A stretch of 29,188 bases of DNA. Source: an uncultured Gemmatimonadaceae bacterium (GTDB taxonomy: Bacteria; Gemmatimonadota; Gemmatimonadetes; Gemmatimonadales; Gemmatimonadaceae). Below are positions 19,952 to 29,188 of this stretch, one piece after another. Each line of letters opens with the position of its first letter. Position 1 is the first letter of the stretch. The DNA lies in the NCBI GenBank assembly GCA_963740355.1, contig CAVUDW010000005.1, positions 1 through 29,188 on the forward strand. The letters run 5' to 3'. A program made the translations under genes and the position numbers. The notes below the pieces were generated by a model, which was not told the origin of the DNA, ran no database searches, and saw only the letters and a list, made by a program, of their open reading frames with translations.

Positions 19952-20992
19952 TCAGGAGCTCAGGACAGAACGATACTTCTCTTCGTCATCGAGAATACGA
20001 CCGCAGCCGCGCACCACACAGGTGAGCGGGTCTTCATCCACGTGGATTGGCAGGTTCGTTTCCTGGCTCAGCAACAAGTCCAACCCACGAATCAGCGCGC
20101 CACCACCGGTCATGACAATACCGCGATCGACGATGTCGCTCGCAAGTTCCGGCGGCGTGATCTCGAGTGCGCGGCGCACGGCATCCACGATCTGCTGGAT
20201 CGGCTCCTGAATCGCCTCGCGAATTTCGGAGGAGTGCACGCGCACGGTCTTCGGGATCCCGCTCACCAGGTCGCGTCCCTTCACTTCCATGTCGCGCTCC
20301 TCGCCAACCGGATACGCGCTGCCGATCTGGATCTTGATCTGCTCCGCCGTCGGCTCACCGATCAGCAGGTTGTAGTTCTTGCGCATGAACTGCACGATCG
20401 ACGTGTCGAGTTCATCGCCGCCGGTGCGGATCGACGTGTCACTGACGATGCCGCTCAGCGCAATCACCGCGATCTCCGTCGTGCCGCCACCAATGTCGAT
20501 CACCATGTTGCCGGTCGGTGTCTCGACCGGGAGGCCGACACCGATCGCGGCCGCCATCGGCTCAGCGACCATGAAGACTTCCTTCGCGCCGGCACCGAGT
20601 GCGCTGTCGCGCACAGCACGCTTCTCGACTTCCGTGATCCCGCTCGGCACGCACACGATCACACGCGGCTTCACCTTGAACACATGGTTCTCGATGATGA
20701 GCGTGAGAAAGTATCGCAGCATCTTCTCGGTGACATCGAAGTCGGCGATCACGCCGTCCTTGAGGGGCCGCACCGCGATCACGCCGTCCGGGGTCCGGCC
20801 GAGCATGCGCTTCGCCTCGAGGCCGACCCCCTTGATCTTCTTCGTGTCGCGGTCGATGGCCACCACCGAGGGCTCGTTCAACACGATGCCCTCACCCTTC
20901 ACATAGATGAGGGTGTTGGCGGTTCCGAGGTCTACGGCAATCGCGTTGGCCGGGAACAGTGAGCCCGGCTTGAAGGGCCAGCGAAACGGCAT
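19952..20992 (-). CDS. mreB: Actin-like protein MreB
   Basis: [45 protein letters not shown]. Confidence 0.98.
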   Translation of the reverse strand: MPFRWPFKPGSLFPANAIAVDLGTANTLIYVKGEGIVLNEPSVVAIDRDTKKIKGVGLEAKRMLGRTPDGVIAVRPLKDGVIADFDVTEKMLRYFLTLIIENHVFKVKPRVIVCVPSGITEVEKRAVRDSALGAGAKEVFMVAEPMAAAIGVGLPVETPTGNMVIDIGGGTTEIAVIALSGIVSDTSIRTGGDELDTSIVQFMRKNYNLLIGEPTAEQIKIQIGSAYPVGEERDMEVKGRDLVSGIPKTVRVHSSEIREAIQEPIQQIVDAVRRALEITPPELASDIVDRGIVMTGGGALIRGLDLLLSQETNLPIHVDEDPLTCVVRGCGRILDDEEKYRSVLSS

Positions 20993-21067
20993 CTATTGAA
21001 CGGAAAGGGCCCGGGCGGCGGGCCGGAAACAGGCGGCGTGGACGGAACCAACGGCTTGTCGTACAAC

Positions 21068-21096
21068 AACATACCTAGAGCGGCACAGCCGGTGAA
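21068..21096 (-). promoter_or_regulatory. sigma70 promoter of the mre operon
   Basis: TTCACC (21091-21096), 17 nt spacer, TATGTT (21068-21073). Confidence 0.6.
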
Positions 21097-21143
21097 GTGA
21101 GCCGGCAGACGGATGTTCACCACCTCCGCAATCCCCAAACGAC

Positions 21144-21222
21144 GAAGGCGGCGATACCGCAACTGCGGTACCGCCGCCTTCCAGTATCGACCGCTCGCAT
21201 CACCGTGCGTGATGCGAGCGGT
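21144..21222 (-). terminator. Two tandem long hairpins directly after the ald stop
   Basis: Perfect 14-bp inverted repeat (21190-21203/21209-21222) and a 17-bp inverted repeat (21144-21160/21165-21181). The single mismatch of the latter is a G.U pair on the minus strand. Followed by GUCGUUU. Confidence 0.7.
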
Positions 21223-22338
21223 TCAGGCCACGAACTGCGCCGGCTCACTGAACGGCAGGCCGAACGAGTCGGCCACCGCCCGATAGGTCGTCTGCCCCGC
21301 CGTCATGTTCAGCCCCTTGAGCAGCGCGCCATTGGCCGCCAGCGCCTTCCGCCAGCCATGCGTCGCCAGCAGCATCACGTAGGGGAACGTCGCGTTGGTG
21401 AGGGCCAACGTGGATGTGCGCGGCACGCCGCCCGGCATGTTCGCGACCGCGTAGTGAATCACGCCATCGACAGTGTAGGTCGGGTTTTCGTGGGTCGTGG
21501 CGTGGATCGTCTCGACACAGCCGCCCTGATCGACCGCGACATCCACGATCACCGAGCCTGGACGCATCTTCTTCAGGTCTTCCTTGCGAATCAGCTTCGG
21601 CGCCTTTGCACCCGGGATCAACACCCCACCGATCACGAGGTCGGCGGTGGAAATCTGGTCGAGGATGTTGTGCCGATTCGAGTGAATCAGCGAGACGTTG
21701 GCCGGCATCACATCGCTCAGGTAGCGCAACCGCTCGAGCGAGAGGTCGAGAATGGTCACCTTCGCGCCCATGCCGGCCGCGATCTTCGCCGCATTCGTGC
21801 CGACGACTCCGCCCCCTAGAATCACGACCTTGGCCGCCGGCACCCCGGGAACACCTCCGAGAAGCACACCACGACCGCCGTAGAGCTTCTCGAGGTACTT
21901 GGCTCCTTCCTGGACCGCCATGCGACCGGCCACCTCCGACATCGGTGTCAGGAGCGGCAACTCGCGCGAGGGCAGTTCGACCGTTTCGTAAGCGATACAG
22001 GTGGCGCCGCTGGCCAGATGGGCGCGGGTCAGCGCCTCGTCGGCCGCAAAGTGCAGATAGGTGAAGAGCGTCAGGTCGGGACGCAGGAAGCCCCACTCCT
22101 TCTCGATCGGCTCCTTGACCTTGAGCAGCAGCTCTGCGCTTGCCCACGTCGATGCCGCGTCAGGCATGATCGTGGCGCCGACGTCGGCGTAGTCGGCGTC
22201 GCTGAAGCCGCTACCCAGTCCGGCACCGGTCTCGATGTGCACCGCGTGTCCGGCCCCAACCAGCGCCTCGGCGCCGGCCGGTACCAGGGCGACACGGTTT
22301 TCGTTGGTCTTGATCTCTTTCGGAACGCCGATCTTCAT
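21223..22338 (-). CDS. ald: Alanine dehydrogenase
   Basis: IGVPKEIKTNENRV, KVKEP, FTYLH, PMSEVAGR, GGGVVG, DVAVDQGG, YAVANMPG. Confidence 0.97.
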   Translation of the reverse strand: MKIGVPKEIKTNENRVALVPAGAEALVGAGHAVHIETGAGLGSGFSDADYADVGATIMPDAASTWASAELLLKVKEPIEKEWGFLRPDLTLFTYLHFAADEALTRAHLASGATCIAYETVELPSRELPLLTPMSEVAGRMAVQEGAKYLEKLYGGRGVLLGGVPGVPAAKVVILGGGVVGTNAAKIAAGMGAKVTILDLSLERLRYLSDVMPANVSLIHSNRHNILDQISTADLVIGGVLIPGAKAPKLIRKEDLKKMRPGSVIVDVAVDQGGCVETIHATTHENPTYTVDGVIHYAVANMPGGVPRTSTLALTNATFPYVMLLATHGWRKALAANGALLKGLNMTAGQTTYRAVADSFGLPFSEPAQFVA

Positions 22339-22380
22339 GGCTCTAGGGATGACAGGATTGGATTCAGCCGAGGTGTGCGC

Positions 22381-23655
22381 TCACGCCGCAGCAGCCGGCC
22401 CGAGACTGAGCACACTGCATTGTGCCGGGTCGAGATAGGCGGCGCAGGCGGCACGGACCTGCGCAGGCGTCACCGCATCCAGCTCGGCCAGCAACGCGTC
22501 GATCGGCCGATAGGGTTCGTCGTACAAGGCCACTTCAGCCGCGCGATAGAGTCGGGATGAGACGCCTTCCAGCGACAGGACCAGCTGGCCCTTCAACTGG
22601 CTGATTCCGGTGGCGATTTCCTCGTCTGACATCTCGCCGCCGGCGACGGCATTCATCGCGGCACACACGACAGCGTAGGCCTCGCGCGCCTGCTCTGGCG
22701 CTGTTGCGAGGTAGACGCCGTGCTGGCCGTTGTCGAGAAACGTGTTGTAGAACGAGTAGACATTGTACGCCAGCCCGAGCTCCTCGCGCACCTGCTGGAA
22801 CAGGCGTGAACTCATGCCACCACCGAGCAATGCCGACGCCACGGCCAGCGCATTGCGCTGATCGGACGAATGCTTCGGCGCATCGCAGGCCATCACGATG
22901 TGGGTCTGCGCGATGTCCTTGCGCTTGACATGGCTGTAACCGCGCGTGATCGCGTCGGGCACGCTCGGCGCTGGCAGGAATTCACTGACGCCACGTGCGC
23001 GAGTCGCCCATCCCGTCTGATCGAGCACGTCGAGCAACCTCTCATGCGAGACGTTGCCCGCCGCAGCGAGCACGATCTGCGGCGGATGGTATGCTCGTTC
23101 GTGCCATGCGCGCAGGTCACTCGCCTGCAAGCGCTTGACCGTCGTTGGTGTGCCAAGAATCGCATGCCCGTACGGATGTCCGGGATACATGCGATTGGCG
23201 TGCAACTCGAAGACGATGTCGTCCGGTGTGTCGTCCACCATCGCGATCTCTTCGAGAATGACCTTGCGTTCGAGGCGAAGGTCATCGTCACGCAGCAATG
23301 GCTGGAAGCAGAGCTCGAACAAGACGTCCGAGGCTTCGCCGAGGTGCTCATCGAGCACCCGCGCCTGGAAGGAGGTGTGCTCGCGCGTGGTGTACGCGTC
23401 GAGAGAGCCTCCCAGTACTTCGAGCGACAGCGCCAGCGCTTTCGCGCTGTATTTCGCCGTGCCCTTGAACACCATGTGTTCGAGCAGGTGTGCGATGCCC
23501 ATCTGCTCCGGGTGTTCGTGCATGGAACCCGAACGCACCCAGGCCCCGATGGCGACTGACCGCACTCCCGGAACGAATTCCGAGAGTACGGTCAGGCCAT
23601 TCGGCAGCACCGTGCGCGAGACGCCTGTCTCAGGCGACGTCGCGAGGGCAATCAT
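22381..23655 (-). CDS. M16B family zinc peptidase
   Basis: Inverted zincin HxxEH (HLLEHMVFKGT), distal EE, GGGMSSRLFQQVREELGLAY. TAATG-coupled to pnp. Confidence 0.93.
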   Translation of the reverse strand: MIALATSPETGVSRTVLPNGLTVLSEFVPGVRSVAIGAWVRSGSMHEHPEQMGIAHLLEHMVFKGTAKYSAKALALSLEVLGGSLDAYTTREHTSFQARVLDEHLGEASDVLFELCFQPLLRDDDLRLERKVILEEIAMVDDTPDDIVFELHANRMYPGHPYGHAILGTPTTVKRLQASDLRAWHERAYHPPQIVLAAAGNVSHERLLDVLDQTGWATRARGVSEFLPAPSVPDAITRGYSHVKRKDIAQTHIVMACDAPKHSSDQRNALAVASALLGGGMSSRLFQQVREELGLAYNVYSFYNTFLDNGQHGVYLATAPEQAREAYAVVCAAMNAVAGGEMSDEEIATGISQLKGQLVLSLEGVSSRLYRAAEVALYDEPYRPIDALLAELDAVTPAQVRAACAAYLDPAQCSVLSLGPAAAA

Positions 23656-25841
23656 TACCGGCGGCGGGGGGCGCCGCGCGAACCACCACGATCACCGCGC
23701 TCCTCACCACCCGACGACTCACGCGGAGCCGATGGCTCGCGCTCGACGTAGCCTTCCGGCTTCGGCAGCAGCGCCTTCATCGACAGTCGGAGGCGGCCGC
23801 GCTCGTCACGATCGATGAGCTTGACCGTCACGCGCTCGCCCTTCTTGAGCACATCTTCCGTCTTGTCCACGCGCTCCCACTTGATCTCGGAGACGTGCAG
23901 CAGGGCCTCGGTGCCCGGCATGATCTCGACGAATGCGCCGAACGCGGTGATCGACTTCACCGTGCCTTCGTAGGTGTCGCCAACGATCGGCTCGGCCGTG
24001 ATGGCCTTCACCATCTGCTTCGCGCGTTCCATCGCTTCACCGCCAACGGCGGCGATGGTGACGAGGCCTGAGTCATCAACCGTGAGTTCAGCGCCCGTCT
24101 CGTCCTGGATGCCGCGGATCGTCTTGCCCTTCGGACCAATCAGGTCACCGATCTTCTCGGGGCTGATCGTCAGCGTCACGATGCGCGGTGCATACTGCGA
24201 AAGCTCTGCATTCGGGCCGTTGAGGGCCTTCGCCATCTCGCCGAGGATGTGCAGGCGGCCTTCCTTGGCCTGCGCCAGCGCTTCGGTCATGATCTTGAGG
24301 TCCAACCCGTCGATCTTGATGTCCATCTGGATCGAGGTGATGCCATGCTCCGTGCCGGCCACCTTGAAATCCATGTCGCCGAGATGGTCTTCGGTGCCGA
24401 GGATGTCGGTCAGGATCGCGTACTTCTTGCCTTCCTTGATCAAGCCCATCGCCACACCAGCAACAGCGGCCTTGATCGGCACGCCGGCATCGTAGAGCGA
24501 CAGCGAGCTGCCACACACCGACGCCATCGAGCTGGAGCCGTTCGACTCGAGAATTTCCGACACGATGCGAACCGTGTACGGGAATTCCTCGAAGGGCGGC
24601 AACACGGCCTGGATCGCACGCTCGGCCAGGTTACCGTGGCCGATTTCGCGACGGCTGGTGCCACGCATCGGCTTCGCTTCGCCAGTGCTGAACGGCGGGA
24701 AGTTGTAGTGGAGCATGAACGACTTCGTCTGCTCCTGCGGATCGTCGATCGAGTCGAGGCGCTGCACGTCATTGCCCGTGCCGAGCGTGACGGCGACAAG
24801 TGCCTGCGTCTGACCACGCGTGAACAGCGAGGAGCCGTGGACGCGCGGGAGCAGGCCGGTCTCGATCGTGATCTGGCGCACTTCGTTCACCGCACGACCA
24901 TCGACACGCTTCTTGGTGTCGAGGACCTGTGCGCGCAACGCATCGTATTCCATGCCATCGAGGATGCTACCGGCATCCTTGCCCATGTCCGGCGACTCGG
25001 CGATGATCTGCGCGGCGACTTCGCGCTTCACGGCTTCGATTGCCTTCACACGGGTGGCCTTGTCGGCCTGGTTCAACGCCTTGGCAATCTTCTCCGAGGC
25101 GAGATCGCCGACGCGCTTCACGAGGTCAGCGGCGGGCTCGTGCTTCGCCCACGCCATCTGTTCCTTCTTGTCGGACTTCGCGAGCAGCTCTTCCTGCATC
25201 ACGATCAATTCCTTGATGCCCTTGTGCGCGACGGTGATCGCCTCGACGACATCATCCTCGCTCACTTCCAGTGCACCACCTTCGACCATCATGATCGAAT
25301 CGGCGGAGCCGGCGACCATCATGTCGATGTCGCTGTACTCGAGCTGCTGGAACGTCGGGTTGAGCACCCACTTGTCCTGGATGCGACCAACGCGGACGCC
25401 GGCAATCGGCTTGTTCCACGGCGCCTGCGACGACGCCAGCGCGAAGCTGGTGGCGAGCAGCGCGAGCGTGTCGGGCTTGTTCTCCTGGTCAGCCGAGATC
25501 ACGTAGATCACGACCTGCACTTCGTTCTGGAAGCCTTCCGGGAAGAGCGGTCGGATCGAGCGATCGACGATGCGACAGGTCAGGATTTCGTTGTCTGACG
25601 GTCGGCCTTCGCGCTTGATGTAGCCACCCGGAATCTTGCCGGCGGCGTAGGTCTTTTCCTTGTATTCGACCGTCAGCGGGAAGAACGGAAGTGAGCTCTT
25701 GTTCTCGCTCACCGTGACGGCGGCAAGGACCATCGTCTCGCCGTAGGTAACCAGTGCAGACCCAGCGGCCTGCTTCGCCATGCGGCCCGTCTCGATGACG
25801 AGCTTGCGGCCGGCGAACGTCTTTTCAATTCTTTGCATCAC
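23655..25841 (-). CDS. pnp: Polyribonucleotide nucleotidyltransferase (PNPase)
   Basis: FFPLTVEY, AGKIPGG..KREG, TRGQTQ, HYNFPPFS, RREIGHG, SNGSSSMAS, GDMDFKVAG, KH and S1 domains. Start is GTG 25841 or ATG 25838. Confidence 0.98.
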   Translation of the reverse strand: MMQRIEKTFAGRKLVIETGRMAKQAAGSALVTYGETMVLAAVTVSENKSSLPFFPLTVEYKEKTYAAGKIPGGYIKREGRPSDNEILTCRIVDRSIRPLFPEGFQNEVQVVIYVISADQENKPDTLALLATSFALASSQAPWNKPIAGVRVGRIQDKWVLNPTFQQLEYSDIDMMVAGSADSIMMVEGGALEVSEDDVVEAITVAHKGIKELIVMQEELLAKSDKKEQMAWAKHEPAADLVKRVGDLASEKIAKALNQADKATRVKAIEAVKREVAAQIIAESPDMGKDAGSILDGMEYDALRAQVLDTKKRVDGRAVNEVRQITIETGLLPRVHGSSLFTRGQTQALVAVTLGTGNDVQRLDSIDDPQEQTKSFMLHYNFPPFSTGEAKPMRGTSRREIGHGNLAERAIQAVLPPFEEFPYTVRIVSEILESNGSSSMASVCGSSLSLYDAGVPIKAAVAGVAMGLIKEGKKYAILTDILGTEDHLGDMDFKVAGTEHGITSIQMDIKIDGLDLKIMTEALAQAKEGRLHILGEMAKALNGPNAELSQYAPRIVTLTISPEKIGDLIGPKGKTIRGIQDETGAELTVDDSGLVTIAAVGGEAMERAKQMVKAITAEPIVGDTYEGTVKSITAFGAFVEIMPGTEALLHVSEIKWERVDKTEDVLKKGERVTVKLIDRDERGRLRLSMKALLPKPEGYVEREPSAPRESSGGEERGDRGGSRGAPRRR

Positions 25842-25867
25842 GTGTGGGAATCGGCTGCGGGAAACGC

Positions 25868-25900
25868 AAAACGCGCGGGACGTCCGATGACGCCCGCGCG
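25868..25900 (-). terminator. Intrinsic terminator between rpsO and pnp
   Basis: Minus-strand CGCGCGGGCGUC-AUCG-GACG(U)CCCGCGCG followed by UUUUGCGUUU. Confidence 0.7.
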
Positions 25901-25919
25901 ATTGCCATTGAGGCCCGGA

Positions 25920-26180
25920 TTAATACCGGAGGCCAAGGTCTGCGATGATCTTCCGGTATCCGGCCAGATCGGTCCGCTTCAGATAGTCGAGAAGGCGACG
26001 ACGTCGCCCAACCATCTTCAGCAAGCCTTGACGACCGTGATGGTCCTTCTTGTGCGTACGGAAGTGACCAGTGAGGTAGTTGATCCGTTCCGTGAGAATC
26101 GAGATCTGCACGTGCGTTGAGCCGGTGTCGGTCTCGTGCTGACGGTGCTTCTCGATTGCTGCAGCCTTTTCGAATGCCAT
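25920..26180 (-). CDS. rpsO: 30S ribosomal protein S15
   Basis: [35 protein letters not shown]. Upstream of pnp. Confidence 0.98.
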   Translation of the reverse strand: MAFEKAAAIEKHRQHETDTGSTHVQISILTERINYLTGHFRTHKKDHHGRQGLLKMVGRRRRLLDYLKRTDLAGYRKIIADLGLRY

Positions 26181-26240
26181 GCGTCCTGGGTCTGCGCGGC
26201 GACCGCGCGTCCGAATGTCCTGAATGATCGTAAGCCCTGA

Positions 26241-26269
26241 AGAATACAGACCCTACGGGCGGATGTAAA
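26241..26269 (-). promoter_or_regulatory. sigma70 promoter of rpsO
   Basis: TTTACA (26264-26269), 17 nt spacer, TATTCT (26241-26246). Confidence 0.75.
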
Positions 26270-26303
26270 GCGTTGCGGCGACTCTACCTCCGCCGGGCCC
26301 GGG

Positions 26304-27491
26304 TCAACCCCGGAAATGCCCCAACAACTGCGACCCGACTCGCGCCAGATCGTTGAACGTCGTGGTGATCAACAGCAGGAGGACGAGCCCCACGCCAGCG
26401 TACATGATCAGCCCCTTCGCGCGCTCACCGAGGGGCTTGCCGCGCGCCGCCTCGATCAGCGCCAGCACTACCTGCCCGCCGTCCAGCACGGGCACCGGCA
26501 GCAGGTTCAGCACGGCGATGTTGATGCTGATGAACGCCATCAACATGAGCACGCCAGCCAGGCCGCCAGCCTTCGCCGTCTGGAAGGACGCCTGTGCGAT
26601 CATGATCGGCCCCCCCAGCTGGCGCGCCGAGACATTCCCGGAAAGCAGCCCACCCAGCACGTCGATCGTACCGACCACCTTGTCCCACGTGTATGCCAAC
26701 CCTTCCGACACCGCGTCGACAGGCCCCACGGACACGCGCGAGGAGGCGGCGCCGATACGACCGATCGAACGCACCGCCCCGTTCTGCGGATTGGTATCCA
26801 CGGTCGCCGAGGGCGTGATGGTGAGCGTGACCGGCGCGCCCGCACGGATGACCTCGAACGGAATCGCGGTGCCCGACTTCGTGGTCACCACCGAGACGAG
26901 ATCGGTCCAGGTCGAGATCTTCGTGCCGGCAATCGAGACCACACTGTCGCCGGCCAGCAGCCCGCCGGCCGCCGCCGGTGTCGCGGGCAGCACCGAGCCG
27001 ATCACCGCCGCCTGGTTCGGCGCCCCGGTGGCCATCAGGACGCCCGACACCACCACGATCGCGAGCAGAAAATTCATGGTCACGCCGGCCAGCATCACGA
27101 TCAGCTTGGCCAGCAGCGGCTTGGACTCGTACCAGCGGTTGACCGGCACGGGCTTGGGGCCAAATGGCACCATCGCGTTCGGGTCCCACGGCACGCCCGG
27201 TTCACCGCGCGTGGATGATTCGTCCATCGCCCCACGACCGGCGCCGCCCTCGAAGGCGGCCATCGACTCGTCCTCGCGCGAGGCCATCCGGACGTAGCCG
27301 CCCAGCGGAAAGAGCGACAGGCGATAGTCGGTTTCCCCGCGGCGGAACCCCCAGACGCGGCGTCCCCATCCCAGGGAGAAGACTGGGGCATAGATCCCGA
27401 CGGCCTTCGCTGCCAGGAAGTGGCCCAGCTCATGAACGAAGACGACCAGGCCGAAGACCAGCAGCGGCGCCAGCAGGGGCAAAATTCTCAT
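26304..27491 (-). CDS. rseP: RIP intramembrane zinc metalloprotease RseP (M50, single PDZ)
   Basis: VHELGH, PLGGYVRM, AGVTMN, PDZ segment, NLLPVPVLDGG. ATGA overlap with dxr. Confidence 0.95.
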   Translation of the reverse strand: MRILPLLAPLLVFGLVVFVHELGHFLAAKAVGIYAPVFSLGWGRRVWGFRRGETDYRLSLFPLGGYVRMASREDESMAAFEGGAGRGAMDESSTRGEPGVPWDPNAMVPFGPKPVPVNRWYESKPLLAKLIVMLAGVTMNFLLAIVVVSGVLMATGAPNQAAVIGSVLPATPAAAGGLLAGDSVVSIAGTKISTWTDLVSVVTTKSGTAIPFEVIRAGAPVTLTITPSATVDTNPQNGAVRSIGRIGAASSRVSVGPVDAVSEGLAYTWDKVVGTIDVLGGLLSGNVSARQLGGPIMIAQASFQTAKAGGLAGVLMLMAFISINIAVLNLLPVPVLDGGQVVLALIEAARGKPLGERAKGLIMYAGVGLVLLLLITTTFNDLARVGSQLLGHFRG

Positions 27492-28613
27492 GCAAACTCC
27501 CGCACATGGGCCCGCGCCGATGCATCGGCCGCCACCAGTGCCTCGAGGGTATCTCCAGCCACATCACCCAGCGCGTCCAACGCGCTGGCAATCGCCCGCG
27601 CAATGTCGCCAAAGGTCAGTTCACCATCCAGAAAGCGCGCCACCGCCATTTCGTTCGCCGCATTGAAGACGGCCGGCGCTGCGCCGCCGCGTCGTCCCGC
27701 CGCAATCCCCAGACCAAGCGCCGGGAAGGCGTCGTGCCGCACGGGCTCGTACGTCAGGGGCGACAGCGCGACCGGATCGAACGCGGGTACCCCCGAGTCG
27801 ATGATGCGATCCGGATGTGTCAGGGCGTACAGCACCGGCAATTCCATGCTCGGCACGCCGAGCTGCGCCAGCACGCTGCCGTCCACGAACTCGACGAACG
27901 AGTGCACGACACTCTGTGGGTGCACCACGACATCGATGCGGTCGTACGGAATGCCGAACAGGTGATGCGCCTCGATCACCTCGAGCGCCTTGTTGGCGAG
28001 GGTGGCGCTGTCGATGGTGATCTTCCGCCCCATCGACCAGGTGGGATGATTGAGCGCGTCGCGCACGGTCGCCGCCTGCACGCGCGCCGGTCCAGGTGCG
28101 GAACGGCCCGCCGGACGCGGTGATGATCAGTCGTCGCACCTCCTGCATCGGACGCCCGGCGATGCACTGCAGGATGGCCGAGTGCTCGCTGTCGACCGGC
28201 ACCAGTTCGCCGCCACCGCGACGGCCGCTGCGGTGACCAGCCCGCCGGCCATCACCAGCGTCTCCTTGTTCGCGAGGGCCACACGCTTCCCGGCCTGCAG
28301 CGCCGCCAGCGTCGCACGCATGCCGGCGGCACCGACCACCGCATTGATCACCGTGTGCACGTCATCACGCGTCGCCGCCGCGACAAGGCACTCGGCACCC
28401 GTTGCCCATGCGGGATCGGCATCGGTGGTCGGTTGCACCATGCCGACGTACGACGGGTCGTATTCCGCCACCTGTGAGCGCAGCAGCGGCGCATTGCTGA
28501 ACGCCGTCAGCGCCCGCACCGGAAACCGCCCGCTGACGGTCGAGCACACGCAACGCCGTCGTGCCGACCGATCCGGTCGAGCCAAGAACGGCAACGCCGC
28601 GCGGCGACGTCAC
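27488..28613 (-). CDS. dxr: 1-deoxy-D-xylulose-5-phosphate reductoisomerase, with three frameshifts (near 28529, 28216, 28085)
   Basis: Consecutive frames give [27 protein letters not shown] and [47 protein letters not shown] start at 28613 overlaps the cdsA stop. Confidence 0.92.
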
Positions 28614-29188
28614 TGCGGTGCCGGAATCAGCAACAGGTTGAGCAGCAACGCGGCCACGGGCAGCACGAACAACAGGCTGTCGACGCGATCGAGGAAGCCG
28701 CCGTGCCCTGGCAGCAGCCCCGAACTGTCCTTCACGGCGGCTTCGCGCTTGAGCAGCGATTCGAACAGGTCGCCGAGCTGCGCGGCCACGGCGATCACCA
28801 CACCCGAAGACGACGATGCCCATCGGCGACAGTCCGAGCTGCCCCTGCGGCACGAGCAGGTGGCGGACGTACAGCCAGCAGACGCCGACGCTCGGGCAAT
28901 GCCACCGAGCGACCCTTCCACCGTCTTGGCGGGACTCACGGCGGGCATCAGCTTGGTGCGGTCCGATGGTGCGACCGGTGAAGTACGCACCGACATCGGA
29001 AGCACAGGTGAGCAGCACTGGAAACAGCGAGCACCAGACTCTGTCCCAGCGCGCCCGATGGCGTAGTTGTCGTACCGCAGGTCGTACGCGAAGCTCAGCA
29101 TGCCGCCGGTGTACATGACGATGAACATGCTCACCGCGGCCACGGCCAGCGGCCGTTCATCGATGCGACGCCGGAAGATCGTCACGGT
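28610..29188 (-). CDS. cdsA: Phosphatidate cytidylyltransferase, 5'-truncated by the window, with multiple frameshifts
   Basis: SDVGAYFTGR (alternate frame), SPAKTVEG, GDLFESLLKREAAVKDSSGLLPGHGGFLDRVDS. Canonical cdsA-dxr-rseP order. Confidence 0.92.
   Translation of the reverse strand, partial: TVTIFRRRIDERPLAVAAVSMFIVMYTGGMLSFAYDLRYDNYAIGRAGTESGARCFQCCSPVLPMSVRTSPVAPSDRTKLMPAVSPAKTVEGSLGGIARASASAGCTSATCSCRRGSSDCRRWASSSSGVVIAVAAQLGDLFESLLKREAAVKDSSGLLPGHGGFLDRVDSLLFVLPVAALLLNLLLIPAPQ

Noticed and set aside
22381..26180. rpsO-pnp-M16 peptidase linkage as a new system
   Set aside because: This order is already known, e.g. in Actinobacteria, with a similar arrangement in Bacillus.
490..29066. 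Many long antisense or alternate-frame ORFs (e.g. 490-1476, 10286-11656, 17529-19133, 24249-25598)
   Set aside because: They shadow well-identified genes, have no recognisable motifs, and are expected from stop-codon scarcity at high GC.

Overview
High-GC bacterial core-genome segment, almost all on the minus strand. Gene order and protein style suggest Gemmatimonadota (inference, not database-verified). In transcription order the minus strand carries cdsA(partial)-dxr-rseP, rpsO-pnp-M16 peptidase-ald, mreBCD-mrdA-rodA, accD-folC-hisS-proS-lysA-metallophosphoesterase-guaA, then dusB, a membrane GAF-GGDEF diguanylate cyclase and tmRNA (ssrA, tag ANNNLALAA). The two plus-strand genes are a stand-alone PTS EIIA and an AT3-SGNH O-acyltransferase. 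I see no mobile element, CRISPR array or defence system, and I cannot support a clearly new multi-gene system. Frameshifts in hisS, the acyltransferase, dxr (3) and cdsA (at least 4) look like sequencing or assembly indels. The best leads are: an MreC tail in which every Asp is followed by Ser (possible O-glycosylation sequons), a metallophosphoesterase with two metal ligands replaced, apparent leaderless promoters (dusB, hisS, accD), tandem long hairpins after ald, and structured leaders before rpsO and the acyltransferase.
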